DNA of 64,000 nt from an uncultured Gemmatimonadales bacterium. Lineage in GTDB: Bacteria > Gemmatimonadota > Gemmatimonadetes > Longimicrobiales > Longimicrobiaceae. Below, piece by piece: positions 60,601 through 64,000 of the stretch; the stretch's first letter is position 1, and every line of letters begins with the position of its first letter. The stretch is taken from assembly GCA_963716255.1 (NCBI GenBank), contig OY970303.1, positions 2,336,001 to 2,400,000 on the forward strand, given 5' to 3'. The notes under the pieces were generated by a model that saw only the letters and a program-made list of their open reading frames with translations, was not told the origin of the DNA and ran no database searches. The translations under genes and the position numbers were made by a program.

Positions 60601-63600
60601 CGCGGCGCCTCGCCCCGGCTGAAGGCGGCGTACAGGGTCGAGACCTCGCGCACCAGCACCTGCATGCTCCAGCCGTCGCTGACCACGTGGTGCAGCGTGA
60701 AGCAGAGCACGTGGTCGTTGTGGCCCAGGCGCAGCAGCGTGCTGCGCAGCAGCGGCCCACGCGCCAGGTCGAAGGGCCGCAGCGCCTCTTCCGCCGCCAG
60801 ACGCTCCGCCTCGACCTCCCGCCCCGCCCGCGGCAGCTCCCCCAGGTCCAGCTCCACCATTTCCACCCCGGCGGCCGGATGGATCACCTGCACGGGTGCG
60901 CCGTCCTGCTCGGCGAACGTCGTGCGCAGCGTCTCGTGGCGCCGCACCAGCGCGTCCAGGCTCGCCCGCAGCGCGGCCACGTCCAGCGCGCCCCGCAGCC
61001 GCAGCGCAAAGGGCATGTTGTAGGCGGCGCTCCCCGGCTCGATCCGGTCCACCAGCCACAGCCGCTGCTGCGCAAAGGACGGCGGCAGCGGCTCGTCCCG
61101 CGACACCCGCACGATCGGCGGCACCGGCGGGGCGCCCGAGCTGCGCAGCGCGTCGATGCGAGCGGCCAGCCTCGCCACCGTCGGCGCCTCGAAGAGCGCA
61201 CGTAGCGGCACCTCCACCCCGAACGCCTCGCGAAAGCGCGAGACCAGCCGCATCGCCAACAGCGAGTGCCCGCCGAGCGCGAAGAAGTCCTCGCGCACTC
61301 CCACACGCTCCCGGCGCAGCGCCTCCGCCCACATCCCCGCCAGCACCTCCTCGGTCGCCGTCCCCGCCGCCTCGTACTCTGCCTCCCCCGGCGACCCGGG
61401 CGCGGGCAGCGCCCGCCGGTCCACCTTGCCGTTGGGCGTAAGCGGAAGCCTCTCCAGCACCACGAAAGCGCCCGGCACCATGTACTCCGGCAGCCACTCG
61501 CGCGCGTGCTCCCGCAGCTCCTCCGCCGCGACCCCCTCCTCCCACGCGACCACGTAGCCAACCAGGCGCGTCTCGCCCCCGGCCTCCTCCCGCGGCACCA
61601 CCACCGCCTCGCGCACTCCGCGGTGCTCCCGCAGAGCCGCCTCCACCTCCCCCGGCTCGATCCGGAAGCCGCGCACCTTCACCTGCGCGTCCGCCCGCCC
61701 CAGGATCTGCACGGCGCCGTCGGGCCGGTACCGACCCAGGTCGCCCGTGCGGTACATCCGGTCCCCCGGATCGCCGCCCAACGGGCTGGCCACGAAGCGC
61801 TCGCGCGTGCCCGGCTCGTCGTGCAGGTAGCCGCGCGCCAGGTGGGGCGTGCGCACGCAGATCTCCCCCACCTCGCCCACCCCCGCCAGAGCGCCCCCCG
61901 GCCGGAGCACCAGCAGCTGCGCCGCCGCGATGCCGCGCCCCACCGGGAGTACCTCCGGGCCGTGCCACGACCGCGGCACCGGGAAGTACGCGACGGCCTG
62001 CGGTGTCTCCGTGGCCCCGTAGAAGACCACCGACTCCGACCCCGGCGCACGCTCCCGCAGCGCGGCCACGTCGCCGGCGCGCACCTTGTCGCCGCCCCAG
62101 AAGGCGTGGCGCAGCGCGGGAAGCCCGTCCCCACCCCCCTCGCGGAGCAGCTGCCCCATCGCCGGCGTCAGGTGCACCGCGGTGACTGCCTCCTCCGCCA
62201 GCCAGCGGGCCAGGTACCCGGGCGTGCCCATCTCCCGCGCGCCGGGGATGCACAGCGTGGCCCCCAGCGACAGCGGCGTGAACACGTCGCGCAGCAGCGG
62301 GTCGTGCGCCAGCCCCGAGAGCAGCGCGAAGCGGTCATCCTCGCCCAGCCCGAACGCCTCGCGCTGCCACGCCACGAAGTGCGAGAGCGGCCGGTGGGTG
62401 CCCACGATCCCCTTGGGCTCCCCCGTCGTGCCGGAGGTAAACGCCACGTAGGCGACGTCCTCCGGCCCCACGTCCGCGTCCGGCACCGTGGTCGGGTGCT
62501 CGCCCAGGAAGTCTGTCCGCGCCGCGACCGGGAGCGCCGGCAGCTCCAGGCGGGCCGCGCCCGCGTCCGCGAGCCACGCCTCCACCTCGGCCGGGAGCGC
62601 GCCGGCGGACTCCGCCCGCAGCAGGACGCGCGGACGCGCCGCGGCGAGCTGTCGCGCCAGGCGGGCGGGCGGGTAGGCGGGGTCGAGCACCACGAAGGCG
62701 CCGCCGGCCCCGAGCACACCCAGCATCGCCCACACCAGCGCCGCGCCGCGCTCGCCGTGGACCGCCACAGTTTCGCCGCGCCGGAGCCCCTGAGCCAGGA
62801 GCCAGTGCGCCAGCTGGCTGGAGCGCGCCTCCAGCTCGGCGTACGTCCACGTTTCCCCGGCCGCGCGCAGCGCGGTCCGCTCCGGGGCGTGCCGGGCCTG
62901 CGCGGCGAAGAGCGCGTGGACGGGCCCGTGCCACGCCGTCCGCAGCGGGAGCGCGGGGTCGGGCAGCACCGCCAGCGCGGCCGGCGTGCGCAGCGTGTAC
63001 GACGCCAGCGGCCGATCGGGATGCTCCACCACCTGTGCGAAGATCCCGTGGAGCTGCGCCAGCATCTCCGCCATGCGGGCTTCGTCGAAGAGCTCGGCGG
63101 CGTAGACCAGGCTCAGGCCCATCGCCTCGTCCTGGCTCCCCTCGCCCACATACAGCGTGAGGTCGAACTTGGACATCGGCGCCCACTCGCCGAAGCGCTC
63201 GGCGGCGAGCCCCGGGAGCCCGGGGGCGGCCTCCGCGCCGAAGTTCTGCAGGTTGAGCATCACCTGGAACAGCGGCGTGTGGCTGAGCGTGCGGACGGGC
63301 TGCAGCTCCTCCAGGATGCGCTCGAAGGGGAGCTCCTGGTGGGCGTAGGCGCCCAGCGTGGCCTCGCGCACCCGCCCCAGCAGCTCCCGGAAGGTGGGGT
63401 CGCCGGCGAGGTCGGTGCGCAGCGCGAGCGAGTTGAGGAAGAAGCCGATCAGCCCCTCGGTCTCGCGCCGGGTGCGGCCCACGATGGGGGTGCCCACCAC
63501 CACGTCGTCGTGCCCGGCCCAGCGGCCGAGCACGACGGCGAAGCCGGCCAGGAGCGTCATGAAGGTGGTCACGCCCTCGCGCCGGCCCAGGGCGCGCAGC

Positions 63601-64000
63601 CCTCCCGCGAGGACCGCGTCCATGCGCAGCGAGCACACGCCCGCGACGTGGGTGGGCTGCGCGGGGCGCGGCCGGTCGGTGGGCAGTTCCAGGAGGGCGG
63701 GCGCGCCGTCCATGTGCTCGCGCCACCAGGCGAGCTGCCGCTCCAGCGTCTCGCCGCTGAGCCACTCGCGCTGCCACAGGGCGAAGTCGGCGTACTGCAC
63801 CGGCAGCTCGGGGAGCGGGGACGCCTCCCCGCGGGAAAAGGCGTCGTAGAGGGCGAAGACCTCGCGCACCAGCACGCCCATGCTCCAGCCGTCGCTGACC
63901 ACGTGGTGCAGCGTGAGGAGCAGCACGTGGTCGTCGTCATCCAGGCGCAGCAGCGTGCTCCGCAGCAGCGGCCCGCGCGCCAGGTCGAAGGGGAGCCGCG
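54696..64000 (-). CDS. NRPS, 5'-partial: (C)-A(acidic, Lys2-like)-T-C-A(Gly)-T-C-A(unusual)-T with an acidic C-terminal tail
   Basis: The frame stays open past 63926 to the window edge (PFDLARGPLLRSTLLRL); three A and three T domains; second A code DILQLGLIWK (Gly). Confidence 0.96.
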   Translation of the reverse strand, partial: RLPFDLARGPLLRSTLLRLDDDDHVLLLTLHHVVSDGWSMGVLVREVFALYDAFSRGEASPLPELPVQYADFALWQREWLSGETLERQLAWWREHMDGAPALLELPTDRPRPAQPTHVAGVCSLRMDAVLAGGLRALGRREGVTTFMTLLAGFAVVLGRWAGHDDVVVGTPIVGRTRRETEGLIGFFLNSLALRTDLAGDPTFRELLGRVREATLGAYAHQELPFERILEELQPVRTLSHTPLFQVMLNLQNFGAEAAPGLPGLAAERFGEWAPMSKFDLTLYVGEGSQDEAMGLSLVYAAELFDEARMAEMLAQLHGIFAQVVEHPDRPLASYTLRTPAALAVLPDPALPLRTAWHGPVHALFAAQARHAPERTALRAAGETWTYAELEARSSQLAHWLLAQGLRRGETVAVHGERGAALVWAMLGVLGAGGAFVVLDPAYPPARLARQLAAARPRVLLRAESAGALPAEVEAWLADAGAARLELPALPVAARTDFLGEHPTTVPDADVGPEDVAYVAFTSGTTGEPKGIVGTHRPLSHFVAWQREAFGLGEDDRFALLSGLAHDPLLRDVFTPLSLGATLCIPGAREMGTPGYLARWLAEEAVTAVHLTPAMGQLLREGGGDGLPALRHAFWGGDKVRAGDVAALRERAPGSESVVFYGATETPQAVAYFPVPRSWHGPEVLPVGRGIAAAQLLVLRPGGALAGVGEVGEICVRTPHLARGYLHDEPGTRERFVASPLGGDPGDRMYRTGDLGRYRPDGAVQILGRADAQVKVRGFRIEPGEVEAALREHRGVREAVVVPREEAGGETRLVGYVVAWEEGVAAEELREHAREWLPEYMVPGAFVVLERLPLTPNGKVDRRALPAPGSPGEAEYEAAGTATEEVLAGMWAEALRRERVGVREDFFALGGHSLLAMRLVSRFREAFGVEVPLRALFEAPTVARLAARIDALRSSGAPPVPPIVRVSRDEPLPPSFAQQRLWLVDRIEPGSAAYNMPFALRLRGALDVAALRASLDALVRRHETLRTTFAEQDGAPVQVIHPAAGVEMVELDLGELPRAGREVEAERLAAEEALRPFDLARGPLLRSTLLRLGHNDHVLCFTLHHVVSDGWSMQVLVREVSTLYAAFSRGEAPRLPELPVQYADYAVWQRDRLRGEWLEAQIGFWKEKLADAPPLLEIPLDHPRRVGLSPREASLPFLLPAGVSDGLRALSRREGATLFMTVLAAWQALLGRYAGQDDVVVGTPIAGRTRAETEGLIGFFVNMLALRGDLSGDPTWGELLERVRGSALGAYAHQELPFERLVEELAIERSLTHSPVFQATFALNRLDEREQLSLGELELASFRAQGGVARYDLGLVVSDRPGALGAALEYREALFETGTIARMAEHLEALLEAMVEAPERRTSEASLLRGAERERVLEAWNATSVDFPRERCVHELVADQAARTPEAVAVVARGGTLTYAELEGRSNRLAHRLVALGVKPEARVGLCVERGLEMVVGLLAVLKAGAAYLPLDPSYPPERLAYMLGDSGASVLLVQSRLAAALPPFAGVRLCLDTDEAADAADEPSTPPPGAVGAGNAAYVIYTSGSTGTPKGVVVPHRAVVNFLDSMRLRPGLTAGDTLLAVTTLSFDIAALELFLPLTTGARVVLADRETASDGARLREAIESSGATIMQATPASWRMLLDAGWEGAPGLKALCGGEALPRELADRLLGVTGELWNLYGPTETTIWSTVERVEPGAGAVSIGAPIANTRLYLLDGSLEPVPAGVPGELFIGGEGVARGYLGRPELTAERFVPDAFSREPGSSARLYRTGDRVRRRADGRLEYLGRTDQQVKVRGFRIELGEIEAALRAQPRVREAVAVVREAPQGDRRLVAYVVAEEGASSTAAELRAALRERLPEHMVPGAFVVLESIPLTPNGKVDRRALPAPEPQSAAYVGPWTVVEEVLAGIWAELLGTERVGVEESFFDLGGHSLLAMRVVSRVRQAFGVEVPLRALFEAPTVAGLARRIEVLRSTGAVAGPPIERVSREGPLPVSFGQQRLWVVDQLDPRSPAYNLFSALRLHGGLDTAALRASLDALVRRHESLRTVFAEQDGAPVQVIRPAAPVPLPMVDLRELPAPEREAAARWLAGEESLRPFDLTRGPLLRGTLLRLGKEDHVLCFTMHHVVSDAWSMQVLVREVSALYAAFTRGETPRLPELPVQYADYAVWQRRWMSGAVLEEQLGFWRDKLEGSPPLLTLPTDRPRCAWRKARAGAHRFVLSTGVSQGLRELSRRAGTTLFMTLLAGWQSLLGRYAGQDDVVVGSPIAGRSHRETEGLIGFFVNMLALRAHLGADPTWTELLDQVRETALGAFEHQELPFERLVDELVTDRSPTHAPLFQVIFALERSSMRDALSLGDVRLEPFGGGERTARFDLTLTMTEAEEGLGGTLTYRAGLFEAETVVRMAAHLEVLLEAMVSAPGRRLSEVPLLRGPERAQLLHAWNGVDTGYTGELCIHELVHAQVLRTPDAPALRFQGQGLTYAELYARSCRLANLLRRRGVGPEVRVGICMEAAPEMVVAVLGVLLAGGVYLPLDPELPAERRAYVLGDAAPLLLLTQAALAERLEDWGVPLFRVDAEAERIARESEEAPATGVHPDNLAYVIYTSGSTGRPKGVLCDHRGVGNTFLELGRVYGAAPGERNLAYAPLFFDASVADIFTALCNGAELVLARREALLPGEDLLRVLREQRITHLKIMPSALAVTPVEALPELKTIVTGGEVLAAELVKRWGTGRRFFNGYGATEAGIRMTSSAYSWEGGDPPIGRAVANTQLYVLDAGLEPVPVGVAGELYIGGAGMARGYLGRPELTAERFLPDPHRGVAGARLYRTGDVGRRRADGEVEFLGRTDHQVKVRGYRVELGEIEATLRGHGQVREATVLLREDVPGQPRLVAYVTGEAGAELTAAELRGHLARLRAYLAERLPEYMVPGAFVVLEQLPVTPNGKIDRRALPAPERPSEEEYVAPRTAVEELVAEIWAELLGLERVGVTENFFELGGHSLLATQVVSRLRKTLGIEVPLSAMFELPTVEALTRIVEDRLIGTLDADQMTEHLELDPEKDPDVEATPDRAAR

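Overview
High-GC bacterial DNA; the protein style suggests Gemmatimonadota/Longimicrobium-like (inference). Two separate minus-strand NRPS loci flank a lower-GC accessory block of about 12 kb. Right side (25.1-64 kb): a partial NRPS with 3 modules visible, then a ~9860-aa 9-module NRPS ending in a thioesterase, with no epimerisation domains. Left side (1-12.8 kb): an NRPS missing from the ORF track because it runs off the window; it starts with a TubC-N-like docking domain and a dual E/C domain (predicted Val-Ser-Val-Ile/Leu...). The middle block holds a deleted SyrP/TauD pseudogene, an FAD oxidoreductase and a decayed integron (internally deleted intI, attI, one intact and one collapsed attC, cassette ORFs) hit by three mobile elements: IS982 in attI, IS630 in the collapsed attC, and a 4.8-kb IS1595-family cargo transposon inside a cassette gene. 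That transposon has perfect 22-bp IRs and an 8-bp TSD. It carries a secreted six-cysteine CSalphabeta defensin-like peptide, an Xre-ImmA/IrrE + PIN pair, and a divergent HTH/repeat-protein pair sharing an unnamed helical motif. All calls come from reading the sequence; no database searches were run.
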